Notes under the pieces: generated by a model | The model's input: the letters and a program-made list of their open reading frames with translations, nothing else | Told to the model about the DNA's origin: nothing | The model's database searches: none | In this document: positions 19,281-27,757 of the stretch, in pieces | Layout: each line of letters starts with the position of its first letter | How positions within the stretch are numbered: the stretch's first letter is position 1 | Position numbers and translations under genes: made by a program | DNA from: Candidatus Staskawiczbacteria bacterium | GTDB lineage: Bacteria; Patescibacteriota; Minisyncoccia; Minisyncoccales; Staskawiczbacteraceae | Direction: 5' to 3' | DNA length: 64,000 nt | NCBI GenBank assembly: GCA_026395175.1 | Contig: JAPLZF010000019.1 | Coordinates: 3,115-67,114, forward strand

Positions 19281-20041
19281 TGAATTATTTGACTTCCATA
19301 AAGCAGCGCCAAAAAAGTTCCCGCAATCAAAAATGGTCCAAAAGGTATTTCGCTTTTCAAACCTTTTTTCTCAAAAACCATCAATATTATTCCTATTATA
19401 GCACCAAAAAAGAATGCTAAAAACAGAGCAGTTAAAATATTCGGAAAGCCCAGCAAAAGTCCCATCAAAACAGCTAGTTTTACGTCTCCAAAACCCATCC
19501 ACCGCCCTTTTGAGATTAAAAATATAAACAAGAAAAAACCGGCTGCGATGATTAGCGCAATAAAAACATTTAATATGTTCTGCCAATTGGTTAAATTATA
19601 AATTAAGGAAATTACTATTGCCGGGAATAAAACTTTGTCGGGAATCAAATAATGCTTCAAATCATAAACAAAAATTACAATTAAGGAGCTGGCAATATAA
19701 AATAAAAAAGCAAGGTTTAAAAATTGAAAAATTTCGATTTGATTCGAAATTCGAAATTCGAAATTCGAAATTAGCAGGAATATGATTCCTGCGGCAAGTT
19801 CGACTAACGGATATTGCAATGATATTTTTGCTTTGCAATACCTGCATTTTCCGCGCAGAAATAAAAAGCTTAAAACAGGAAATAAATCATACCAAAATAA
19901 AGTGTGTTTGCAATGCGGACAAAATGACCGGCCTTTTAAGCTTTTTTCTTCTTCTAACCTGTAAATTAGGCAATTCAAAAAACTGCCGATACAAACCCCG
20001 AACAAAAAAACAAAAAAACTTATTATATAACTGATAAACAT
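19253..20041 (-). CDS. pilD: Prepilin peptidase (A24 family) PilD
   Basis: 262-aa polytopic ORF; N-terminal CxxC...CxxC (CPHCKH, CRYCK), GFGDVKL aspartyl-protease motif. Confidence 0.9.
   Translation of the reverse strand: MFISYIISFFVFLFGVCIGSFLNCLIYRLEEEKSLKGRSFCPHCKHTLFWYDLFPVLSFLFLRGKCRYCKAKISLQYPLVELAAGIIFLLISNFEFRISNQIEIFQFLNLAFLFYIASSLIVIFVYDLKHYLIPDKVLFPAIVISLIYNLTNWQNILNVFIALIIAAGFFLFIFLISKGRWMGFGDVKLAVLMGLLLGFPNILTALFLAFFFGAIIGIILMVFEKKGLKSEIPFGPFLIAGTFLALLYGSQIIQWYLNFFQI
19733..19772. repeat. Heptanucleotide tandem repeat (TTCGAAA x4) inside pilD
   Basis: read directly; encodes NFEFRISN segment. Confidence 0.85.
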
Positions 20042-20065
20042 TAAATTATTTTACCATTTTTATAA

Positions 20066-20092
20066 TAAAAAAACACCTTTTGCAAAAAGATG
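20066..20092 (-). terminator. Hairpin plus T-run after the AbiEii-like gene
   Basis: minus strand ACATCTTTT-tgc-AAAAGGTGT followed by TTTTTTT. Confidence 0.5.
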
Positions 20093-20109
20093 TTTGTTTG
20101 CTTCCTGTT

Positions 20110-20760
20110 TTATTTTAAAATTCTTCCTCGTAATTCTTTAGCTGTTTTTTCGAAAAATTCTTTAAGCTCATCAATTGTTATTTTTTTTATCATTCTTGGC
20201 AACGCTTCTATCCTCTTTACTTTTGCCAACTCCCCGCCAAGAAAAATATCTTCAATTTTAATGCCGAATTTAATCTCTGCATCTTCGCGTATTTCGTCCA
20301 AACTAAATTTACTGAGCAAAAAATAAATATCAACAAAATCTTTTGGATCAAATCGGTCAAGCAAAGTCATTAGTTTATTGGCCGCGATATCTCTTAAGCT
20401 GTCTGTTTTTATATTTTTCCATTCGGTTGGTTTTTCTAATTGCTTGAAAGGATATCTTGTAAATTCAACTTTTAATTCTTCTTTTCCAATTTCAAAATAA
20501 AACTGGCTTCTGTCATAAATTTTTTCATAATTAATTTCGTTTGCTCCGATTATGCCTTTCAGTTTTTCCGCAAAGCTATGCAAGAAAGCTCTGTCGGGCT
20601 CTTCAAAAATAAAAAAATCTAAATCATCAGAAAAACGATGCTGCAGATAGCAAACTGCCAGCGCCGTTCCGCCGGATAAATAAAAACCTTCTAAATTTGG
20701 TTCTTGCCCTACTGCGCTGATAACCTTTTCCTGAATATTTGTTAAAATTTCTTGTCCCAT
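20110..20760 (-). CDS. Nucleotidyltransferase AbiEii/AbiGii toxin-family protein
   Basis: 216-aa ORF; GGTALAVCYLQHRFSDDLDFF nucleotidyltransferase motif characteristic of AbiEii (type IV TA toxin). Confidence 0.75.
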   Translation of the reverse strand: MGQEILTNIQEKVISAVGQEPNLEGFYLSGGTALAVCYLQHRFSDDLDFFIFEEPDRAFLHSFAEKLKGIIGANEINYEKIYDRSQFYFEIGKEELKVEFTRYPFKQLEKPTEWKNIKTDSLRDIAANKLMTLLDRFDPKDFVDIYFLLSKFSLDEIREDAEIKFGIKIEDIFLGGELAKVKRIEALPRMIKKITIDELKEFFEKTAKELRGRILK

Positions 20761-20942
20761 AGAAGCAATTCCAAAAATGCCCGTCGATTTTCAGGAATTT
20801 TTAGTTTATGAATATACTTTTCTAAAAGCTCGCGGTCTATTTTTTCTTTGCCCAAGCCGAAATTGATAAGGCGTTCTAGCCCCCAAATTGGGTCTTTCTC
20901 CATTTGCTTTGCATATTCTCTTTTATTATAATCCCATGCCAT
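20742..20942 (-). CDS. Small hypothetical protein, possible partner of AbiEii-like gene
   Basis: 66-aa ORF overlapping the AbiEii-like start by 19 nt (translational coupling geometry); no recognisable AbiEi domain. Confidence 0.4.
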   Translation of the reverse strand: MAWDYNKREYAKQMEKDPIWGLERLINFGLGKEKIDRELLEKYIHKLKIPENRRAFLELLLWDKKF

Positions 20943-21046
20943 ATATCATCAATTTCATTATACACAAATTATAATAAAAAAACAGAGCTCAACAAAGAGC
21001 CCTGCTTTTAATTCCAACTTTACAAAAACTTTTTTTGCGTTGATAT

Positions 21047-21514
21047 TTATGGACAAGCTCCTGTGGCGCAAGTCGCGCTAGCAGTTGCTGCCTCTACTTT
21101 TTTGCCGGAAGAATCAACGCAAAAACTTTTTGTTGCATCGTTTTTTAATACTACGCTGGCGCACCATTTAGTAGATGGGTCGGTGCATGTATTAGTGGCG
21201 CCTGAATCGCAGGCACAGGTCATGGTATATCCTGCGGCCGTTAAAGCTGTATTGATAGAGGCTCCGCCAGTTGTTGCTGTACAGAAGGTATTATACTTGC
21301 CGTTGTTCGCAGGGGTATCAATATATACAGTGCCCCTAGTCATCATACTTGCCAAATTACCTCTTGCTGCCGCGTCTTTGCCTTTGTTGATGTATTGGGT
21401 GACGTTAACCAACACAATGGCGGCTAATACCGCGATGATTGCGATAACGACGATTAATTCAATGATTGTAAAACCCTTCGATTGGCTCAGGGCTAAGCCT
21501 TTTGATTTATTCAT
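21047..21514 (-). CDS. Type IV major pilin paralog 1
   Basis: MNKSKGLALSQSKGFTIIELIVVIAIIAVLAAIVLVNVTQYINKGKDAA; Cys-rich variable C-terminus. Confidence 0.88.
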   Translation of the reverse strand: MNKSKGLALSQSKGFTIIELIVVIAIIAVLAAIVLVNVTQYINKGKDAAARGNLASMMTRGTVYIDTPANNGKYNTFCTATTGGASINTALTAAGYTMTCACDSGATNTCTDPSTKWCASVVLKNDATKSFCVDSSGKKVEAATASATCATGACP

Positions 21515-21558
21515 TTTGTTGTTATATAAAAGTTTTTATTAATTTATTATATTTACTT

Positions 21559-21605
21559 ATTATATTCTTTAACAAAATAGCAAGCAACATATAGGGTGTG
21601 GATAA
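21559..21605 (-). promoter_or_regulatory. Promoter of pilin paralog 1 with upstream TTATCCACA box
   Basis: minus strand TTATCCACA (21597..21605) - 9 nt - TTGCTT - 17 nt - TATAAT. Confidence 0.6.
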
Positions 21606-21678
21606 CTCAAAAAAAACAGAGCTCAATAAAGAACTCTGTTTTTAATTTTAATTTCGCAAAACAATTCTTGCTTTATAA

Positions 21679-22137
21679 TTACAAGCAAGTTCCTGTTGCA
21701 ACTAGACATGTCCCGCTAGCTTTACTCAACTTGTTTCCAGTAGAATCCACGCAATACGTGTTCGTGGACGATTTCAAGGTAACTTGCGCACACCAATTTG
21801 TAGATGGATCAGCACAAGCAGCAACATTGCAAGTGGCTGTAACTGTGTAACCAGCGGCAACTAATGCGTTATAAACAGAAACATAACCAGCTGCGCCAGT
21901 TCCAGTACCCGTAATAAAACCATTATAAGTGCCCGGTTTAGCATTGACGGGTGTAGTATCACCCGCAAACCATGTGGCTCCGTTTGTTATTAAAGAAGCC
22001 AAGTTGCCTTGTGCTGCTGCGTCTTTGCCTTTGTTGATGTAGCCGGTGACGTTAACCAACACAATGGCGGCTAATACCGCGATGATTGCGATAACGACGA
22101 TTAATTCAATAATTGTAAAACCTTTTGATTTATTCAT
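21679..22137 (-). CDS. Type IV major pilin paralog 2
   Basis: MNKSKGFTIIELIVVIAIIAVLAAIVLVNVTGYINKGKDAA; divergent C-terminus. Confidence 0.88.
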   Translation of the reverse strand: MNKSKGFTIIELIVVIAIIAVLAAIVLVNVTGYINKGKDAAAQGNLASLITNGATWFAGDTTPVNAKPGTYNGFITGTGTGAAGYVSVYNALVAAGYTVTATCNVAACADPSTNWCAQVTLKSSTNTYCVDSTGNKLSKASGTCLVATGTCL

Positions 22138-22179
22138 TTTGTTATTATTTTATTTTTTAAGCTCGACCTTTCTTAAATA

Positions 22180-22587
22180 TTATGGACAAACTGTGGCATC
22201 AAAATCGGCGCAAGCGGCAGTAACTGATTTCTTGGTTCCAGAACTGTCAACGCACCAATAATTTGCGGCTGTTGTAAGCAATTGAGAACAAGCGGCCCAT
22301 TCTGTAGCGCTTTCGACGCATACTTTGTCTGCTGTTGCTGATGGGTCTTGGTCAAAGATAGGTTTTCCGGCGGCAAAATTGGCAGCGCAGAATCCTGTGT
22401 AAGTATGATTTGTATCGTAGAATGTGGCTCCGTTTGTAAGCAAGGTTGCCATGTTTCCTTCTATTGCCGCGTCTTTGCCCTTGTTGATGTATTGGGTGAC
22501 ATTAACCAACACTATGGCGGCCAATACCGCGATAATTGCGATAACGACGATTAATTCAATAATTGTAAAACCTTTTGATTTATTCAT
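22180..22587 (-). CDS. Type IV major pilin paralog 3
   Basis: MNKSKGFTIIELIVVIAIIAVLAAIVLVNVTQYINKGKDAA; divergent C-terminus. Confidence 0.88.
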   Translation of the reverse strand: MNKSKGFTIIELIVVIAIIAVLAAIVLVNVTQYINKGKDAAIEGNMATLLTNGATFYDTNHTYTGFCAANFAAGKPIFDQDPSATADKVCVESATEWAACSQLLTTAANYWCVDSSGTKKSVTAACADFDATVCP

Positions 22588-22628
22588 TTTATTTTTTAAG
22601 TTTAAATTGTTTAATTTATTAGATTTTC

Positions 22629-22679
22629 TATACTTCGCCTTACGGCTCAGTATCTCGCCCCGTCAAACGGGACTCGACC
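22629..22679 (-). promoter_or_regulatory. Conserved two-hairpin 5' leader element, copy 1
   Basis: minus strand GGTCGAG-TCCCG-loop-CGGGG-CGAGATACTGAGCC-GTAA-GGCGAAGTAT; near-identical copy at 46751..46805 with compensatory stem changes. Confidence 0.5.
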
Positions 22680-22697
22680 TTTTTTATATTTTACTTC

Positions 22698-22743
22698 ATT
22701 TTACAGAATTAAAGATATTGACGCAATAGCAAGATGTGGATAA
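22698..22743 (-). promoter_or_regulatory. Promoter of pilin paralog 3 with upstream TTATCCACA box
   Basis: minus strand TTATCCACA (22735..22743) - 8 nt - TTGCGT - 17 nt - TAAAAT. Confidence 0.55.
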
Positions 22744-22805
22744 CTTCGTAGCGAGCAAGGCGAGCGGAGATCCTGACGCCCGAAGGCGGAAGGATAATAA
22801 CTGAT

Positions 22806-23279
22806 TTAATCAGGGCAGTGCGTTATATCCTCTCCGTCTGGACAAATGGTAATATCGCCAACGCAATGGTTATAGCATATTTCTTTTTTCATTCCCCTGC
22901 TGTCAACACAAAAAGCCAAATTCGGATTTGTAAATTCCCTGGCGCAGGCAGCCCATGCTTGGGAAATGGCGCCGCAACAAGCTCCGGTGGGATTCGAATT
23001 TTCGTCGTAGCATATAGTTGAAGGATTTGCCGGCGCTTGGGAAGCGATATTTGCAACAACAGGGGAAGTGCAAAAACTGACTCCTTCTTTGTTATAGCTG
23101 TTGCCGTTGTTGTTATAAAAAACTTCTCCGGCAGGAATTAAAATAGCCAAACTGCCGGAAACATTAGCGTCTTTACCCCTGCTGATGTATTGAGTAACCG
23201 AAAACAAAATAATTCCGGACAAAACAGCGGTTATCGCAATAACAACAACTAATTCTATAATTGTGAATCCTTTATCCAT
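22806..23279 (-). CDS. Type IV pilin paralog 4 (more divergent)
   Basis: start moved to MDKGFTIIELVVVIAITAVLSG (internal Met of the 172-aa track ORF, avoiding overlap with pilC); Cys-rich C-terminus. Confidence 0.8.
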   Translation of the reverse strand: MDKGFTIIELVVVIAITAVLSGIILFSVTQYISRGKDANVSGSLAILIPAGEVFYNNNGNSYNKEGVSFCTSPVVANIASQAPANPSTICYDENSNPTGACCGAISQAWAACAREFTNPNLAFCVDSRGMKKEICYNHCVGDITICPDGEDITHCPD

Positions 23280-23301
23280 AAATAATTTAAAATTTAAAAT
23301 T

Positions 23302-24510
23302 TTAGATGGTTCCCAAAGCTCCATACAACGGCTCTAAAATGGAAACCGCCACCAAAGCCACGCCTGCTCCTAAAAAAATTATCAGTATGGGCTCCAAAAG
23401 CGCTGTAAATGTTTCCACTGCTCTTTTTATTTCTTTATTGTAAAAATTAACTATCTCCATTAAATTCTTGTCCAACGTTCCTGTTTCTTCGCCAACTTGA
23501 ATCATCTGCACCACAAACGGCGGGGCATAATCGGGATATCTTACCAACACCGAGCTTATTTTTTCTCCTTGTGAAACTCTTTCTTCAGTTTCAGTCAGAA
23601 TTTTTTTATAAACAGAATTGCCCACCGTGTCTTTGGTGATTTTCAGCGCGTTGTTGATTGAAAGCCCGGCTCCCACTAAAGTGGAAACACTTTCGGCAAA
23701 CCTGACAAGAAATGTTTTTTTGAAAAATCCTCCTATAAACGGCACTTTTAAAGACCATTCATCATATCTTTTTTTGCCTTCTTTGGTTGTAAAATAATAA
23801 ATTATAAATCCGACCAAGATAAAAAATCCGACCAGCAAAATCCAGCCGTAATTCGCCAGAAAACCATAAAAGCTAATCATAAGCTGGGTAAATAACGGAG
23901 GCTTTGCCGTGGTCTGCTTCAATAAATCAACCAATTTAGGCATGACGAAAAATATGATAATTGGAACCACCACCAACAAAACCGATATGACGAAAATAGG
24001 ATAAATCATAGCTCCTTTTATTTGGGACGATATGTCCGATTCTCTTTCTAAATGGTCTGAAAGGAAATAAAGCGATTCGGAAATTTTTCCTGACGCCTCC
24101 CCTGTTTTTATCAAGCTGACGTAAAAAACATTGAAAACATCGGGAAATTCAGCGAATGCGTCCGACAGGGAATTCCCTTCTTCCACTAATTGGGAAATCT
24201 TTAAAATTTTTTCCTTAAAGTTCTGATTTTTTATTTGGAGAGCCAAACTTTTCAAACTCTGGGTAACAGGAACCCGCGACTGCACCATCACGGCCAATTG
24301 CCTGGAAAATATCGCCAAGTCTTTCTTGGAAACTTTGTTCAAAAATTCTATATTTCCAGTCTGAAAAATCAGAGGAGATTGCTCCTTTATAGATGTGACA
24401 AAAATATTATATTTTTGCAGAAGAAGGACTGCCGCTTCTTTGGAAGATGCCTCAACCGCGCCTGTTTCAATCTTGCCCTCCTTGGACCTGGCTTGATAAA
24501 AATATTTCAT
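23302..24510 (-). CDS. pilC: Type IV pilus platform protein PilC (T2SS F family)
   Basis: 402-aa ORF, duplicated T2SSF domains, three TM segments. Confidence 0.9.
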   Translation of the reverse strand: MKYFYQARSKEGKIETGAVEASSKEAAVLLLQKYNIFVTSIKEQSPLIFQTGNIEFLNKVSKKDLAIFSRQLAVMVQSRVPVTQSLKSLALQIKNQNFKEKILKISQLVEEGNSLSDAFAEFPDVFNVFYVSLIKTGEASGKISESLYFLSDHLERESDISSQIKGAMIYPIFVISVLLVVVPIIIFFVMPKLVDLLKQTTAKPPLFTQLMISFYGFLANYGWILLVGFFILVGFIIYYFTTKEGKKRYDEWSLKVPFIGGFFKKTFLVRFAESVSTLVGAGLSINNALKITKDTVGNSVYKKILTETEERVSQGEKISSVLVRYPDYAPPFVVQMIQVGEETGTLDKNLMEIVNFYNKEIKRAVETFTALLEPILIIFLGAGVALVAVSILEPLYGALGTI

Positions 24511-24517
24511 TTAAAAG

Positions 24518-25582
24518 TTATCGCAATAAGTTTCTTATTTCAGAAGGGTCCAGCGAGTAATCTGTCGCATTCTTCAAAGATATTTCTTTTTTCCTTACCA
24601 AGTCCACCATTGCCCTGTTGAAAGAAATCATTCCTTCTTTCGCCGATGTTTCTATGACAGCCGGAATTTCGTGTATTTTGTTTTCTCTTATCAGGTTGGA
24701 AATGGCATTATTGCAAATCAGCACTTCGCAGACAGGTATGAATCCTCCTTTAATTCTGGGAATCAATCTTTGAGAAATTATGCCCAAAAGAGAGCTCGAC
24801 AGCTGAAATCTTATTTGGCTCTGCTGGTCGGCCGGAAAAACATCAACTATTCTGTGGATTGTCTGGGCCGCTGAATTGGTGTGCAAAGTTGCAAAAACTA
24901 AATGTCCTGTTTCAGCCGCCGTAATTGTCGTGGCAATTGTTTCTAAATCCCTCATTTCGCCAACCATAATCACATCAGGATTTTGGCGCAGGCTGGCGCG
25001 CAAAGCATTGTTAAAATTCAAGGTGTCTGTTACAACCTCTCTTTGGTCGATAATCGCCCGGTCAATAGGATAAGTATATTCAATCGGGTCTTCAACCGTA
25101 ATTATATGAACCGACCTGGTATGATTTATTTCGTCTATCATTGCTGCCAAAGTGGTTGATTTTCCCTGGCTGGTGGCTCCAGTCACCAGAATAAGCCCTT
25201 GGGGACGCGATGTAAAATCGTGCAAAACCGGAGGAAGATTCAGCTCTTCTATTGTCCTTACTTTTGACGGGATAAAACGCAACGCCAAGCTGATTGAGCC
25301 CCTCTGGAAAAAAATATTGATTCTAAACCTGCCCCTATCTTCATACTGGTAAGAAAAATCAATTTCTTTGTCTTCTAAAAATTTCTTGCGCTGGACTTCC
25401 GACATTATGGAAAACGCCAATTCCTCGGAATCTTTTGCCATAATTATCTTTTCCTGGCTAAGGGGAATGAGCTGGCCGGTAATGCGTATATTGGGCGCAT
25501 GACCGACGGAAATATCCAAGTCAGAGGCTTCTTCTCTAACTGCTATGTCTAAAAGTTTTTTAAGATAATTTAAATAATCCAT
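24518..25582 (-). CDS. pilT: Twitching-motility retraction ATPase PilT
   Basis: 354-aa ORF; Walker A GATSQGKSTT, VGEMRD, HLVFATLHT motifs. Confidence 0.9.
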   Translation of the reverse strand: MDYLNYLKKLLDIAVREEASDLDISVGHAPNIRITGQLIPLSQEKIIMAKDSEELAFSIMSEVQRKKFLEDKEIDFSYQYEDRGRFRINIFFQRGSISLALRFIPSKVRTIEELNLPPVLHDFTSRPQGLILVTGATSQGKSTTLAAMIDEINHTRSVHIITVEDPIEYTYPIDRAIIDQREVVTDTLNFNNALRASLRQNPDVIMVGEMRDLETIATTITAAETGHLVFATLHTNSAAQTIHRIVDVFPADQQSQIRFQLSSSLLGIISQRLIPRIKGGFIPVCEVLICNNAISNLIRENKIHEIPAVIETSAKEGMISFNRAMVDLVRKKEISLKNATDYSLDPSEIRNLLR

Positions 25583-25609
25583 AACACAAAAATTTTAAAT
25601 TTTAAATTT

Positions 25610-27331
25610 TTATTTTTCTTCCGTTGCCCTGATAACTTCTTCAATTGTTGTCTGGCCGTTTAAAACTTTCAATATTCCTTCCTGCTCCATGGTAAGCATG
25701 CCTTGTTTCTGAGCCACCTTAAAAATCATGCTTTCCAAAAGGCTGGTTTGCATCAATTCAGCCAGCTCGTCTGACATCGATAAAACTTCAAAAAGTCCCA
25801 TTCTGCCTGAATATCCCAAAAATCCGCAAACTTCGCATCCCTTTGCCGCATATATAAACAATGGCTCTTCTATTTTCACCTCGCTTTTGGCTGAAGCCGG
25901 CATATTTTTTATTTTTTCCAAAATATAACTTTTTATTTTTTCCGAAGGCCTTACTTTTATTTTGCAATGCGGACATAAAACCCTAATTAATCTCTGAGAT
26001 ATGACAACTTTCAGGGTAGACGGAATCAAAAATGGCCTCACTCCCATATCTATCAATCTGGGAATCACGCCGACGGAAGAATTGGTGTGCAAAGTAGACA
26101 GCACAATGTGTCCGGTTAGAGCGGCGTTTATAACCAAGCTGGCTGTTTCTTCGTCTCTGACTTCTCCAACCATTATAATGTTCGGGTCCTGCCTTAAAAT
26201 TTGACGAAGTCCTCTGGCAAAAGTGTATCCTATTTCGGGCTTCACCTGCGACTGGTTGATGCCGGCGATGGAATATTCTATCGGGTCTTCAACCGTAACA
26301 ATGTTGACCGAGTCTTGGTTTAAAATGCGCAAGATGGCATACTGGGTTGTTGTTTTTCCAGAGCCGGTCGGACCGGTGAATAAAATCATTCCGTATGGCT
26401 TTTTTATCGCCGCTTTTACAACTTCCAGGCTTCTTCCCGTCATTCCCAAATCTTCAAAAGACCTCGCTCCAGTTGACGGATCTAACACTCTAATCTCAAC
26501 TTTTTCTCCGTAAAGAGTGGGAAATGTGGAAACCCTGAAATCAACGTCTGAATTATTTATTTTCACGGAAAATCTTCCATCCTGGGGCATTCTGTTTTCA
26601 TCTATTTTAAGCGCTGAAAGAATTTTAATCCTGGCAACAATGGCAGGGTGCACTTTCAAAGGCAAAGACAGGCTCAAATATAAAATTCCATTCAATCGGA
26701 ACCGCACATTCAATTTGTCCCTGCCCGGCTCTATGTGGATATCTGAGGCATTGCCTTCAAGAGCATGCCTCAAAATAACCAAAACCATTTTTATGATTGG
26801 CGCGTCTTCTGTTATTGTTTCGGCTGCAAATTTTTTCTTCGGCGCATCGAAAATTTTTCCGCTTTCTTCGCTCAGGCTTTCCAAAGCTTTTTTCGTCTCA
26901 GAAGATATATTTTTGCGCTGTTTTGAAAGATTTGCCAAGTTTCCCGGAGTTATCAGGCAGATTTGGTAAGTGAAATTTTCCTGATTTGCCAGAAATCTTA
27001 AAGCATTTTGGGCCGCTATATCTTCGGGATAAACCATTCCAATTAAAACAGATTTTCCGTCTTTTTCGACAGAAGCCATTTTATAATTGACAGACGCTTC
27101 TTCGGGTATCAATTCCAAAACATCAGAAGACACTTTCTCCGCATCAATTTTTTTTAAAGGAACGCCGGAAATTTTGCTCTTCAAACCGAAAAGAAAATCT
27201 TCGGAAACAATATTTTTAGATAAAATAATTTCTTCCTCGGTTTTACCGAGTTTTGCTGACTGCGTTTTCAAATCATTAAGCATTTTCTCAGTCAGGAATC
27301 CTTGTGCGAATAATTCTTGCAATAATTTCAT
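25610..27331 (-). CDS. pilB: Type IV pilus assembly ATPase PilB (GspE family)
   Basis: 573-aa ORF; Walker A GPTGSGKTTT, tetracysteine CPHC...CEVC, VGEVRD. Confidence 0.92.
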   Translation of the reverse strand: MKLLQELFAQGFLTEKMLNDLKTQSAKLGKTEEEIILSKNIVSEDFLFGLKSKISGVPLKKIDAEKVSSDVLELIPEEASVNYKMASVEKDGKSVLIGMVYPEDIAAQNALRFLANQENFTYQICLITPGNLANLSKQRKNISSETKKALESLSEESGKIFDAPKKKFAAETITEDAPIIKMVLVILRHALEGNASDIHIEPGRDKLNVRFRLNGILYLSLSLPLKVHPAIVARIKILSALKIDENRMPQDGRFSVKINNSDVDFRVSTFPTLYGEKVEIRVLDPSTGARSFEDLGMTGRSLEVVKAAIKKPYGMILFTGPTGSGKTTTQYAILRILNQDSVNIVTVEDPIEYSIAGINQSQVKPEIGYTFARGLRQILRQDPNIIMVGEVRDEETASLVINAALTGHIVLSTLHTNSSVGVIPRLIDMGVRPFLIPSTLKVVISQRLIRVLCPHCKIKVRPSEKIKSYILEKIKNMPASAKSEVKIEEPLFIYAAKGCEVCGFLGYSGRMGLFEVLSMSDELAELMQTSLLESMIFKVAQKQGMLTMEQEGILKVLNGQTTIEEVIRATEEK

Positions 27332-27356
27332 ATAAATTTTTTATTTTGCGCCGTAT

Positions 27357-27755
27357 TTATTGATAATATGGGATAAAAGGATTGTCTCTGCCGATTTGCA
27401 CTTCCTCCAATTTAGACACGGTCAAGCCCATGTCTTGCAGAATTTTTTGGGCTTCTTCTTTCGAAACAGCAGATATAAAACCTGTTTCTATCTGGCGGTC
27501 GCTGGTAGAAGCCGTATAGGTATATTGCGTTTGCATCGGAGAAAATGTTTGGAGATTTTTGAATTGCTCCGAATCAAAAATACCCATATCAACGTTGACT
27601 TTCGGCTTGTTGAAAACCAAGGATGAGGAAACTTCTTTTGGCTCGGACAAAAAAACTCCAAGAGAAACAATAGTTAAAAACAGCAGGAAAACTATTGTAA
27701 TTCCCATAAAAAATACTTTTTGCCGTTTTTTTGGTGATATGAATACTACTGCCAT
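27357..27755 (-). CDS. Hypothetical membrane-anchored protein in pilus cluster
   Basis: 132-aa ORF with one N-terminal TM helix, position between pilO-like and pilB. Confidence 0.45.
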   Translation of the reverse strand: MAVVFISPKKRQKVFFMGITIVFLLFLTIVSLGVFLSEPKEVSSSLVFNKPKVNVDMGIFDSEQFKNLQTFSPMQTQYTYTASTSDRQIETGFISAVSKEEAQKILQDMGLTVSKLEEVQIGRDNPFIPYYQ

Positions 27756-27757
27756 AA

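Noticed and set aside
21063-21542. 159-aa plus-strand ORF covering pilin paralog 1; similar ORFs at 22046, 22424 and 22818
   Set aside because: These are the mirror image of pilin genes whose prepilin signal (GFTIIELIVV) unambiguously identifies the minus strand as coding.
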